Shown piece after piece: positions 24,997 to 34,068 of a stretch of DNA of 64,000 bases; position 1 is the stretch's first letter; each line of letters opens with the position of its first letter. Below the pieces are notes generated by a model. It worked only from the letters and a program-made list of their open reading frames with translations, did not search any database and was not told the DNA's origin. The stretch is from Myxococcota bacterium (lineage in GTDB: Bacteria > Myxococcota_A > UBA9160 > UBA4427). The DNA lies in the NCBI GenBank assembly GCA_050618075.1, contig JBNLVL010000026.1, positions 58,558 through 122,557 on the forward strand. The letters run 5' to 3'. A program made the position numbers and the translations under genes.

Positions 24997-26042
24997 CCGA
25001 GACACAGCACCACGGAGCCCAGGAACAGGCCGACGATGCCCATGGTGAGCATCCCGCCGATGGCGCCCAGGAAGATCACCAGGGTGGGCACCTTCACGCC
25101 GCGCCCGAACAGGATGGGCTTGAGCACGTTGTCCAGCAGCGAGATCGCCAGACACCAGACCGTGAAGGCGACGGCGGCGGCCGCACCCAGGGACGAGAAC
25201 GCGAGGAAGATGGGCGGCAGCATCACCAGCGCCACGGGGAGCTGGACCACGGCCGCGATCAGGACGAGCAGCGCCCAGAGCCCCGCCGCCGGGATGCCCG
25301 CCACCATGAAGCCCACGCCGGCCAGCAGCGACTGGATGAGCGCGACGCCGAGGATGCCCTGCACCACGCTCTGCACCGTGGCGTTGGCCAGCTGCGCGAA
25401 CTCCGGTCCCCGGGTGCCGCCGGCCAGTCGGGTCGCGACGCGCTCGATGGCGTTGCGCCGTCCCTCGCTGCGCGCGAGCATGACTCCGGCGATCACGAGC
25501 GAGGCGAGGAGCTGCAGGATGCCGGCTCCCGCGCTCCCCGCCGCGCCGAGCAGCCAGCGGGAGACGGCCTCGAGCTGGGGGCCGAGTCGCGAGACCGCCT
25601 CCTCCAGGTTCTCCGACGAGAGCTGCCAGAAGTCGTGGATGCGCTTGCCCACGACCGGCCAGTCCGCGATCCCGTCCGGCGGCGGAGGAATCTCGAGGGT
25701 TCCGCCCGAGATCTGCGCCGCGAAGTTCGAGGCCCCGGAGACGAGGGTCTCCGACAGCAGCACGATCGGCACGGCGATCGCCACGACCACGACGCTGACG
25801 GCGATGCCCGCCGCCAGGCCGCGGCGGCCACCGCACAGGGTCGCCAGCCGGTCGAACGGCGCGTCGGTCGCGATCGCGATGATGCCGGCCCAGATCACGA
25901 TGCCCACGAACGGGGCGATGATCTGCAGGCACCAGCCCACGATCAGCAGGATCACGCCCAGGCGGATCGCGATCTCGACCGCCGTCCGGATGGCTTGACT
26001 CGACGCCTCGTAGGGGCGGTCAGGGGCGCTCGGTTCGCTCAT
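24924..26042 (-). CDS. AI-2E family (PerM/YhhT-like) transporter
   Basis: 372-aa polytopic membrane ORF. The conserved C-terminal block DNVLKPILFGRGVKVPTLVIFLGAIGG is typical of the family. Confidence 0.9.
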   Translation of the reverse strand: MSEPSAPDRPYEASSQAIRTAVEIAIRLGVILLIVGWCLQIIAPFVGIVIWAGIIAIATDAPFDRLATLCGGRRGLAAGIAVSVVVVAIAVPIVLLSETLVSGASNFAAQISGGTLEIPPPPDGIADWPVVGKRIHDFWQLSSENLEEAVSRLGPQLEAVSRWLLGAAGSAGAGILQLLASLVIAGVMLARSEGRRNAIERVATRLAGGTRGPEFAQLANATVQSVVQGILGVALIQSLLAGVGFMVAGIPAAGLWALLVLIAAVVQLPVALVMLPPIFLAFSSLGAAAAVAFTVWCLAISLLDNVLKPILFGRGVKVPTLVIFLGAIGGMLTMGIVGLFLGSVVLCLGYELFVAWLEAAVEDGEVAEPEAG

Positions 26043-26191
26043 GGGAGCCTCCTGTTCGGGGTCGATCCGCCCCGCTGATCGCCACCGGCCGTTTCCACGC
26101 CGGCTCTCCCGGGCAGCCTATCCGCGACGCTCCCGATCCGACACCCTTCGCGAGCCCCGGCCCGGTAGAATCCCCGCGAAGGGGGACACCC

Positions 26192-28081
26192 ATGAGCGCA
26201 GCCGCCGGCCGCATCGGCCTCCTGGTCACATTCCTCTGTCTGTCGGGAGCAGCGCCGGGTGTGGGCCCCGCCCGGGCCGACGGAGGGGAGCGGCAGCTCC
26301 TGTGGGGCGACACCCATGTCCACACGTCGTACTCGTTCGATGCGTTCCTGAACGGCAACCAGAGCGCCGACCCCGACGTGGCGTATCGCTACGCGAAGGG
26401 CCAGCCGGTCATCCATCCCTACAACCGCACCCGCGTGCGCATCCAGACGCCCCTCGACTTCCTCGTGGTGTCCGACCACGCCGAGTTCTACGGGGGCATC
26501 CGCGACATCTACCTGGAAGGCGTCCAGGACCCGGACGCGAACTTCCTGCGCAAGCTCGTCTACTGGTACTACGTCCGGGACGTGCGCAAGGCCATCGACG
26601 AGGGGCGGGGACCGGAGTACTTCGCGGGCCTGCTGCCCGTGGCCGAGGACCCGGTCGAGGCGGCCGCGAGGTGGAGCGAGGAGACCGGCGCGAAGACGCC
26701 GCCCGGTGCGGAGACGTCGGCGCGCAATGCCTGGGAGCGCCTGCGCGCCGCGGCCGACCGCCACCACGAGCCGGGCCGCTTCACTACCTTCCTGGGCTGG
26801 GAGTGGAGCTCGGTGCCCGGCGGCGCCAACCTGCATCGCGTCGTCGTGAGCGACGCCGACGGCGAGAGCGCGCAGGGCTTCCTCCCGTTCTCCTCGAGCG
26901 ACAGCCCCTACCCCGAGGATCTCTGGGCCTGGCTCGGGAAGACGTCGGCCGAGACCGGAGTCCGCTTCCTCGCCATCCCCCACAACTCGAACATCTCGAA
27001 GGGGCAGATGTTCGCCGAGAAGACCCTGCGCGGCGAGGCGATCGGCGCCGACTACGCGCGCCTGCGCAGCCGCTGGGAGCCGGTCGTCGAGACCACCCAG
27101 ATCAAGGGCGACTCGGAGACCCACCCGGACCTCTCGCCCGAGGATCCCTTCGCCGACTTCGAGATCTACCCGTGGTACATCCAGCAGCACCGAGGCGGCT
27201 ACCGCGCCCAGCCCGGCGACTTCATCCGCTCGGCGCTGCGCACCGGCCTGGCTCTCGAGTCGAAGGTCGGCGTGAACCCCTACCGGTTCGGGGTGATCGG
27301 CTCCACCGACACCCACACGGCCCTGGCATCGGCCGAGGAGCCGAACTTCTGGGGCAAGATGGCCTACGACTCGGTGCCCGAGAACAAGCAGGGCAAGACC
27401 ATCGCCGACGGCCCGGTCGGCTGGTCGATGTCCGCCTCGGGAATCGCCGCCGTGTACGCCGAGCGCAACGATCGCAGCTCCATCCTGGACGCCTTCGAGC
27501 GCCGCGAGGTCTATGCGACCACGGGCCCGCGCATCCGGGTGCGCTTCTTCGGGGGCTGGTCCTTCACGCCAGGCGACCTCGCGGCGGACCCCGCGCGCGT
27601 GGGCTACGCGAAGGGCGTGCCCATGGGCGGCGTGCTGGCGCCCGCCGCCTCGAAGGCCGGGGCTCCGACCTTCCTGGTGACGGCGCAGAAGGACCCGAAG
27701 TCGGCGAACCTGGACCGGGTGCAGATCGTGAAGGGCTGGCTGGACGCCGCGGGCGAGACCCACGAGCGGGTGTTCGACGTGGCCTGGTCCGAGGGCCGCG
27801 AGGTCGGGGCGGACGGCGTCCTCGAGCCCGTGGGCAACAGCGTCGATCTCGCCCGCGCCACCTGGACCGACGACATCGGAACGCCGGAGCTCTCCGCCGT
27901 CTGGGCGGATCCCGAGTTCGATGCCTCGCAGTCGGCGTTCTACTACGTGCGGGTCCTGCAGATCCCCACGCCGCGGCACGCGCTCTACGACGCCGTGGCC
28001 CTGGGGCTCGAGGCTCCGACCGTGGGGCCCAGCGTGATCCAGGAACGGGCCTACACCAGCGCCATCTGGTACGCGCCCTAG
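26192..28081 (+). CDS. DUF3604 domain protein (secreted, PHP-like metal site)
   Basis: 629-aa ORF with signal peptide, WGDTHVHTSYSFDA and LVVSDHAEF motifs characteristic of DUF3604. Confidence 0.85.
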   Translation: MSAAAGRIGLLVTFLCLSGAAPGVGPARADGGERQLLWGDTHVHTSYSFDAFLNGNQSADPDVAYRYAKGQPVIHPYNRTRVRIQTPLDFLVVSDHAEFYGGIRDIYLEGVQDPDANFLRKLVYWYYVRDVRKAIDEGRGPEYFAGLLPVAEDPVEAAARWSEETGAKTPPGAETSARNAWERLRAAADRHHEPGRFTTFLGWEWSSVPGGANLHRVVVSDADGESAQGFLPFSSSDSPYPEDLWAWLGKTSAETGVRFLAIPHNSNISKGQMFAEKTLRGEAIGADYARLRSRWEPVVETTQIKGDSETHPDLSPEDPFADFEIYPWYIQQHRGGYRAQPGDFIRSALRTGLALESKVGVNPYRFGVIGSTDTHTALASAEEPNFWGKMAYDSVPENKQGKTIADGPVGWSMSASGIAAVYAERNDRSSILDAFERREVYATTGPRIRVRFFGGWSFTPGDLAADPARVGYAKGVPMGGVLAPAASKAGAPTFLVTAQKDPKSANLDRVQIVKGWLDAAGETHERVFDVAWSEGREVGADGVLEPVGNSVDLARATWTDDIGTPELSAVWADPEFDASQSAFYYVRVLQIPTPRHALYDAVALGLEAPTVGPSVIQERAYTSAIWYAP

Positions 28082-28116
28082 CCCCGAACCCGCGAGCGAG
28101 CGCCAGGCGTCGCCGG

Positions 28117-29991
28117 CTAGCGCGACCGGCTGCCGTGCTGGCGCACGAGGTCGAGGATGTCGTCGCCGAAGCGTTCGATCTTCGCGGGGCCGAGCCCGGG
28201 AATGCGCGCCAGGTCGTCGCGGCTGCGGGGCTCGGCGCGGTCGATGGCGAGCATCACGCTGCGCTGGAAGACCATGTAGGTCTTCCACTTGAGCGCCCGC
28301 GCCGTGCGCCGCCGGTAGTTGTCGAGGGCGCGGGCGATGGGGCCGCCGTGGCGGGCGCTGCGCCGGGGCCGCGCCGCGGGCTCGCCGTCCTCGGAGCCCG
28401 TCCGCGTCGGACTCCGCACGGGCTTGCCCGGGATCCACACCGTCGGGTACTTGCGGCCGGTGCGCGCCAGGCGGCCCTCGCTCAGCATGGCCTCGATCGT
28501 CGCCACGATCTCCGCTTCGCCGTGCTCCGACAGCTTTCCGTACTCGGGCAGCATCAGCAGACCGCCGCGGGCGAGAGACTTGCCGCGCCCCCCGCGCAGG
28601 GCCTTGGCGAGGTTCGTCTTGCCCACCGGTCGGTTCAGGCGGTCGACGGCGCGGACGATGAGCGCCCGCACGTCCTCGCCGAGGGGCTCCACGGCGGAGG
28701 TCGTGGGCTCCGCTTCCCGCTGCGCTTCGCGGACGGCTCCGGGGTCGGCGCAGACGTCGCAGCGCCCGCAGGCCGGACCATCCTGCTCGCCGGTGAAGTG
28801 CGCCACCAGGGCCTGCTGCCGGCAGCGGATCTCCCGGGCGTAGCGCTCGACCGCGGCCAGCGCGGCGTCCTTCCGCTGCTGGAGCGCGGCCGAGGTCGTC
28901 CCGCTCGACGAGAGCCGGCGCTGGGTGGCGAGGTCGCCCGGACCGAAGAAGAGCAGACAGCGCGCGGGCTCGCCGTCGCGGCCGGCGCGCCCGGCCTCCT
29001 GGTAGTAGGCCTCGAGGCTGCCCGGCGCCTGGAAGTGGACGATCAGCCGGATGTCGGGCAGGTCGATGCCCATGCCGAAGGCGTTGGTGGCCACCAGCAC
29101 CCGGGTGCGGCCGGCCTCGAAGGCCCGCTGGCTGCGCTCCCGAGCCCCCTTGGTGCGGCCGGCGTGGTAGTGCCCGGCGGCGATGCCCGCCGCCCGCAGC
29201 GCCCGGGCCACGGTCTCGGTGGTCTTGCGGGTGCTGCAGTAGACGATGGCGCGACCGCGCCGGCCCCGGCCGCCGAGCTCCGCCGCCTCGAGGGCCTGCT
29301 GCAGCGCCGCGAGGCGCGCCGCCTGGGTGCGCAGGGCGCGGACCTCGAAGCGCAGGTTGGGGCGGTCGAAGCCCGTGCGCACCACCACCGGGTCGTGGAG
29401 CTCGAGCTGGCTCTCGATCTCCCGCATCACGATGGGCGTGGCGGTGGCGGTGAGCGCGAGCACCGGTGCATCCACGACCTCGCGCAGCTCGTGGATGCGC
29501 AGGTAGTCCGGGCGGAAGTCGTGGCCCCACTGACTGACGCAGTGGGCCTCGTCGACGGCCAGGAGCGAGATCGGCGTCCGACCCAGCATCCGCCGGAAGC
29601 TCGCCCGGGCGGCGCGCTCGGGCGACACGTAGAGGAGGTCGAGCCCGCCCCCCAGAAAGTCGGCGACGGCTTGCCTCTGCTCGTCGGCCTCCTGGTGGCT
29701 GTGGAGCGCCGCGGCGCGGATGCCGCGGGCGGTGAGGGCGCCCACCTGGTCCTGCATCAGGGCGATGAGCGGCGAGAGCACGAGGGTCGTTCCCCGGCCG
29801 CAGCGGCGGTTCGCCAGCGCCGGGACCTGATAGCAGAGGGACTTGCCCGAGCCCGTGGGCAGCAGCACCACCGCGTCGCGTCCGGCGATCGCGGCCTCCA
29901 CCGCCTCCGCCTGGCCCGGTCGGAAGTCTTCGTAGCCGAACGTCTCGCCCAGGATCGCTCGGGCCGCGTCGGAGTTCGGGCGATCGCTCAT
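28117..29991 (-). CDS. recQ: ATP-dependent DNA helicase RecQ
   Basis: Trimmed to ATG 29991 (MSDRPNSDAARAILGETFGYEDFRPGQ). Motifs LLPTGSGKSLCYQ, DEAHCVSQWGHDFRP and Zn-binding CRxxxLxxxFGE..C..CDVC, with a C-terminal HRDC-like region. Confidence 0.9.
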   Translation of the reverse strand: MSDRPNSDAARAILGETFGYEDFRPGQAEAVEAAIAGRDAVVLLPTGSGKSLCYQVPALANRRCGRGTTLVLSPLIALMQDQVGALTARGIRAAALHSHQEADEQRQAVADFLGGGLDLLYVSPERAARASFRRMLGRTPISLLAVDEAHCVSQWGHDFRPDYLRIHELREVVDAPVLALTATATPIVMREIESQLELHDPVVVRTGFDRPNLRFEVRALRTQAARLAALQQALEAAELGGRGRRGRAIVYCSTRKTTETVARALRAAGIAAGHYHAGRTKGARERSQRAFEAGRTRVLVATNAFGMGIDLPDIRLIVHFQAPGSLEAYYQEAGRAGRDGEPARCLLFFGPGDLATQRRLSSSGTTSAALQQRKDAALAAVERYAREIRCRQQALVAHFTGEQDGPACGRCDVCADPGAVREAQREAEPTTSAVEPLGEDVRALIVRAVDRLNRPVGKTNLAKALRGGRGKSLARGGLLMLPEYGKLSEHGEAEIVATIEAMLSEGRLARTGRKYPTVWIPGKPVRSPTRTGSEDGEPAARPRRSARHGGPIARALDNYRRRTARALKWKTYMVFQRSVMLAIDRAEPRSRDDLARIPGLGPAKIERFGDDILDLVRQHGSRSR

Positions 29992-30354
29992 CGCCCCCTT
30001 GGTATCACGGGCCCGAGGTCTCCGCATCGATGCGCAGGAGCTGCTCGCGCAGGTTCGGGCGCGCTTCGACGAGCGCGCGCCGGCCGTCTTCCCCCAGCCA
30101 ACCCATGGCCGCGAGCGGGCCGACGCCCGCTTCGGACTCCCGGGCGCCCGGGCTCGGCGCGCCCTCGCGGCCGGCCCGCTGCTGCCTGGCCCGCGCACGA
30201 GACAGAAGCCGAAGGTCTCGCCGATCCAGGTCTCGAGCCGCCGCCGCTCCCGCGCCCGCCGCGGGTTCGCGGACTGCAGCGGAGGGTCGGGATGGAGCTC
30301 GTCGAATCAAGCGGGGAGTGGAGTCGGCGAAGCAGAGCGTGATCTTCGCTCTCC

Positions 30355-31758
30355 TCATGCCAGGGCGAGCACCTCGTCGAGCCCGGCCTCCAGGCACTCG
30401 GTGAACCGCTCCGAGTCGGGGATGGCCGCACGGTCGCCGTTGACGCCGATCCAGGCCGCGCCGTCGTAGCTGAACAGCGCGATATTGGCGGCGGCGCCGC
30501 TGGTCGGCCCGAACGGGATCATGGCGGTGATGCGCGCTCCCGACAGGTGGACCGGGAAGGGGGGCCCCGGGACGTTGGTGGTGATGAAGTCCACGGTCTT
30601 CAGCATGGAGCCGAAGGCCGCGGTGGAGGCGGCGCCGGGGAGCCGGTTGAGCGCCCCGGCGAGCACGTCGAGGGCGGGCAGCGACGGCTCCTTGCGCTCG
30701 GCCGCCACCCGCTCGTGGATCGCGGTGATGCGCTCGCGCGGGTCGTCGAGGGTCATCGGGACGCCGAAGCGCACCGGTGCGAACTGGTTGCCGGCCCGGC
30801 GCCCCTTCTCCCCGTGGCGCAGATTGATGGGCATGCTCATGCGCAGGGACTCGACCCGGTGCCCGTGGAGGCGGTGGTAGCGCGAGAGGCCGCCCGCCAT
30901 GCCGGCCACGAAGGCGTCGTTCACGGTGCCGCCGGCCGTGGCCGCCGCCTTCTTGAAGGCGTCGAGGGGGCGGGCGAAGCCGTCCAGGCGTCGGGCCAGG
31001 GAGCGCTCGACCATCAGCGGACTCAGGGGCTCGGAGGCCGGGGCCAGCAGCCGCCCGGCCGAGGACGCGAGCTCCGCCGCGTCCTGGAGGGTCTCCTGGG
31101 GATGCCGCAGCAGCTTCCCCAGGCCCGATGCCAGGGACGAGGCCGCCGAGCGGCCCTGCTCGATGCGCCGACTGGCCTGGTAGCGAAGGGCCTCCAGGCT
31201 CTCGTCGATGGGACTCCACGGCGTGGGGACGGGATCCGCCGTAGTGGGCAGGGCTTCGTGGTGCGGCTCGGGCTCCCGGGTGCGCTCGACCAGGCCGGCG
31301 GTCATGCGCACGAGTCCCACGCCGTCGGACATGGCGTGGTGGAGCTTCATGATCACCGCGGCGCCGCCGTTCTCGAGCCCTTCCACCAGGGTCAGCTCCC
31401 AGAGCGGCCGGTCGCGGTCGAAGGCCTGCATGGCCAGCGGGGCCGCCAGGTCGAGCAGGTCGCGCAGGCTGCCGTGACCGGGGACGCCGACCGAGCGGAG
31501 GTGATAGGAGAGGTCGAAGCTCGGGTCCTCGGCCCAGCGCGGCGGCGCCACGCCCAGGGGATCCTCCACGACCCGCTGGCGCAGGCGGGGTATCGTCCGG
31601 GCCGCATCGGAGAGCTTCTCGGCCAGGCGCTTCGGATCCGGGGGGCGATCGAGGACGAGCACCGAGACGATGGTGGAGCGCAGCAGCGGGTCGCGCTCGA
31701 TGGTCCACATCAGCGCGTCGCTGTCGCTCATCCGGTCGTCGAACCGGGGCTCGGCCAT
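30355..31758 (-). CDS. Wax ester synthase / diacylglycerol acyltransferase (WS/DGAT) family
   Basis: Trimmed to ATG 31758, preceded by GGGAGGTG. Catalytic HHAMSDGVG (HHxxxDG) motif and C-terminal NVPGP block. Confidence 0.9.
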   Translation of the reverse strand: MAEPRFDDRMSDSDALMWTIERDPLLRSTIVSVLVLDRPPDPKRLAEKLSDAARTIPRLRQRVVEDPLGVAPPRWAEDPSFDLSYHLRSVGVPGHGSLRDLLDLAAPLAMQAFDRDRPLWELTLVEGLENGGAAVIMKLHHAMSDGVGLVRMTAGLVERTREPEPHHEALPTTADPVPTPWSPIDESLEALRYQASRRIEQGRSAASSLASGLGKLLRHPQETLQDAAELASSAGRLLAPASEPLSPLMVERSLARRLDGFARPLDAFKKAAATAGGTVNDAFVAGMAGGLSRYHRLHGHRVESLRMSMPINLRHGEKGRRAGNQFAPVRFGVPMTLDDPRERITAIHERVAAERKEPSLPALDVLAGALNRLPGAASTAAFGSMLKTVDFITTNVPGPPFPVHLSGARITAMIPFGPTSGAAANIALFSYDGAAWIGVNGDRAAIPDSERFTECLEAGLDEVLALA

Positions 31759-31956
31759 CGTCACCTCCCGCCCGCCGTCCGGGCCCGGACCCGGCGGCTG
31801 GATCGTCTCGTAGGGTAGTTCCCGGGGCGGCGGTGCGCTCCGGTCCCGCGGAGACGGCCGGACCGCAGAGCGGCTCAACCGGGGTGCGCCGCCGGCCGAT
31901 CCTCTCCCCAGGCCCGATCACCGATTCGAGGAAGAGAGGGGAGAGAGAACATCTCC

Positions 31957-33318
31957 ATGAACCGATGGCCCGACATCCTGCGCTGCCCCGGCTGTCGGGG
32001 GGCCCTCCGGGACGGGGCCGGCGGCGCCCTGGCGTGCGACTCGTGCGGGGCCAGCCATCCGGTCCACGACGGCATCCCCTGGCTGTTCCGCAACGGCGCG
32101 AGCGCCCGCGCCCAGTGGTCGGCCAAGCTCCAGCACCACGTGGCCAGCGTCGAGCAGGAGATCCGGCAGCTCGCTTCGGCCTCCCAGGGCTCGAGCTGGC
32201 TGCCGGGCACGGCGCAAAGGCTCGAGCGCCTCCGCGCCGGCAAGCGGGCCCAGCTCTCCCGGGTCGTCGAGCTGCTCGCGCCCTTCGGTCTGGACGAGGC
32301 CGCGCCCGAGAGCGGGCTTCCCGAGGATCGCATTCCCAGCGTCCAGCACCTGGGCAGCTATCTCGACACCGCCTTCCGCGACTGGTGCTGGGGGGAGGCG
32401 GAGGTGCGCGACGCCGTGGCGTGGCTCGCCGCCCAGCTGGAGGCGGGGGAGGGCGACCGGGCCGGCCGGCACGCGGTCGTCCTGGGCGGGGGCGCCGGCC
32501 GGCTCACCTGCGAGCTCGCCGCGCTCGGACCCTGGGCGAGCGTCGTTCAGCTCGACGTCAATCCGCTGCTCAGTCGGATCGCCGCGCTCGCCTGCCGGGG
32601 CGAGTCGGTCGAGCTCACCGAGCTGCCCGCGATTCCCCTGGGCCTCGAGCACGTGGCGGTGGAGCAATCGCTGCGCGGGGTCGTCGAGGCGCCCGAGCCC
32701 GCGCCCCGGTTCTGTCTGGGGGACGTCTTCGCGCCGCCGTTCGCCGAGGCGTCCATCGACGTGATCGTGACGCCCTGGTTCATCGACGTCCTGCCCGAGG
32801 GCTTCCGCGCCCTCTCCCGGCGGATCAACCGGCTGCTGAAGCCGGGCGGCACGTGGATCAGCTTCGGCCCCCTGAGCTTCGAGTCGTTGCCCGAGGCGGC
32901 GCGCTATACGCCGGAAGAGGTGTTGGAGGCGCTGGTCGAGGCGGGCATGGGGGTCGAGAGCCACGAGATCCGCCGGGTTCCCTACCTGCATTCGCCCCAC
33001 GCCATGGCCCGCCGCCACGAAGAGATCCTCGGGTTCCGGGCGACCCGCCGGACCGAGGCCGCCGACCCCGGTCCCTTCCGTTACTACCCGGCCTGGATGA
33101 CCGATTCCACGCGTCCGATTCCCGCGCTGCCGATCTGGACCCAGCAGCAGCGCCAGAAGGTCTTCGACGTCCAGATCCTCGGGCTGATCGACGGCCGCCG
33201 CTCCATCGACGATGTGGTGTCACGCCTCGCCACGGAGTTCGAGCTGCCCCCCGACCGCTGCCGCGCCGTGGTCGACCGCTTCTTCTCGTCCATCATCGAA
33301 GAGTCCCGAGGCGGCTAG
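31957..33318 (+). CDS. Trm112-like zinc-ribbon + SAM-dependent methyltransferase + C-terminal PqqD-like (RRE-type) domain protein
   Basis: N-terminus RCPGCRGAL...CDSCGASHPVHDGIPWLF. Central VVLGGGAGRL and LKPGGTWISFGPL. C-terminus ILGLIDGRRSIDDVVSRLATEFELPPDRCRAVVDRFFSSII matches the PqqD pattern by eye. Confidence 0.8.
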   Translation: MNRWPDILRCPGCRGALRDGAGGALACDSCGASHPVHDGIPWLFRNGASARAQWSAKLQHHVASVEQEIRQLASASQGSSWLPGTAQRLERLRAGKRAQLSRVVELLAPFGLDEAAPESGLPEDRIPSVQHLGSYLDTAFRDWCWGEAEVRDAVAWLAAQLEAGEGDRAGRHAVVLGGGAGRLTCELAALGPWASVVQLDVNPLLSRIAALACRGESVELTELPAIPLGLEHVAVEQSLRGVVEAPEPAPRFCLGDVFAPPFAEASIDVIVTPWFIDVLPEGFRALSRRINRLLKPGGTWISFGPLSFESLPEAARYTPEEVLEALVEAGMGVESHEIRRVPYLHSPHAMARRHEEILGFRATRRTEAADPGPFRYYPAWMTDSTRPIPALPIWTQQQRQKVFDVQILGLIDGRRSIDDVVSRLATEFELPPDRCRAVVDRFFSSIIEESRGG

Positions 33319-33361
33319 ACCGTCCCGCGCCGCACGGTCCTCGACCTCCCTCCCCCCCGGA

Positions 33362-34048
33362 GCCGCTTCGCTTCTCCTGAGGTCCTCCGTTGCCCCGACC
33401 GGGGGATGGGTTGCGACTCCGTCTCCCTCCGCTCCTTCTCTGCCGAGGCTGGCGGCCGCGGGGAACACGACGCCTGCGCTCGTCCACACGCGGCCGCCAT
33501 CGGTCGTAGGAGCACTTCGAGTGCGAGCGCAGCGTACACGCCTCGGCGGTCGCTCCGCTGCCAACCCTTCCCCCGGTCTCGCACTGGATGGCCAACGGCC
33601 CTCGCTCGAGCCTCCGAGGACATGCGAACCGGAGTCGTTGGCTGCCCCGTCCCGGGTCGGGGGGGGCAGGGGGGTGCCGGGGGTAGGGGGGGGGCTTCGC
33701 GCTGGGGTTCCCGCCTGCGGAACTGGGCGGGGGCCCCCCCTGCACCCCCCGCCCCGGGCCGGGGCAGCCAACGACTCTGGTTCGAGCTGCCTCGAAGGAT
33801 CGCGCCTGCCGTTGGCTGCCCAGTGCGAGACCGGGGGAAGGGTTGACAGCGGAGCGACCGCCGACGCGAGAAGGGCGCTCTTGCCCTCGAAGCGCTTCTG
33901 CAACGCGTGGCGGCCAGCGTCGGCCTGAGCTGGAGCGTCGTGTTCCGTGCGGCCGCCAGCTGGCGCGCTGGCGTCAGGGGAGGGAGACGGAGTCGCAACC
34001 CTTCCGCCGGTCGGGGCAACGGAGGACCTCATGAGAAGCGGAGCGGAA
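33362..34048. repeat. About 685-bp imperfect palindrome: two inverted ~340-bp copies of a dispersed structured element, with G-run/C-run centre
   Basis: The left arm (33362-~33705) and the reverse complement of the right arm (~33706-34048) share blocks TGAGGTCCTCCGTTGCCCCGACCGG, GGGTTGCGACTCCGTCTCCCTCC, GGCGGCCGC.GGAACACGACGC, TCGGCGGTCGCTCCGCTG.CAACCCTTCCCCCGGTCTCGCACTGG and GAGTCGTTGGCTGCCCCG. Conserved blocks fall in different reading frames in the two copies, so the element is non-coding. Confidence 0.9.
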
Positions 34049-34068
34049 CCGGTTGGAGAAGAGGGGGG

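Noticed and set aside
33406-33846. Protein-coding or RiPP-precursor ORFs inside the palindromic repeat (track ORFs 33406..33846, 33220..34032, 33212..33928).
   Set aside because: Conserved DNA blocks translate in different frames in the two copies (e.g. GGRSAANPSPGLALD versus SAVAPLSTLPPVSHW from the same block). The peptides are low-complexity, and there is no SD/start context.
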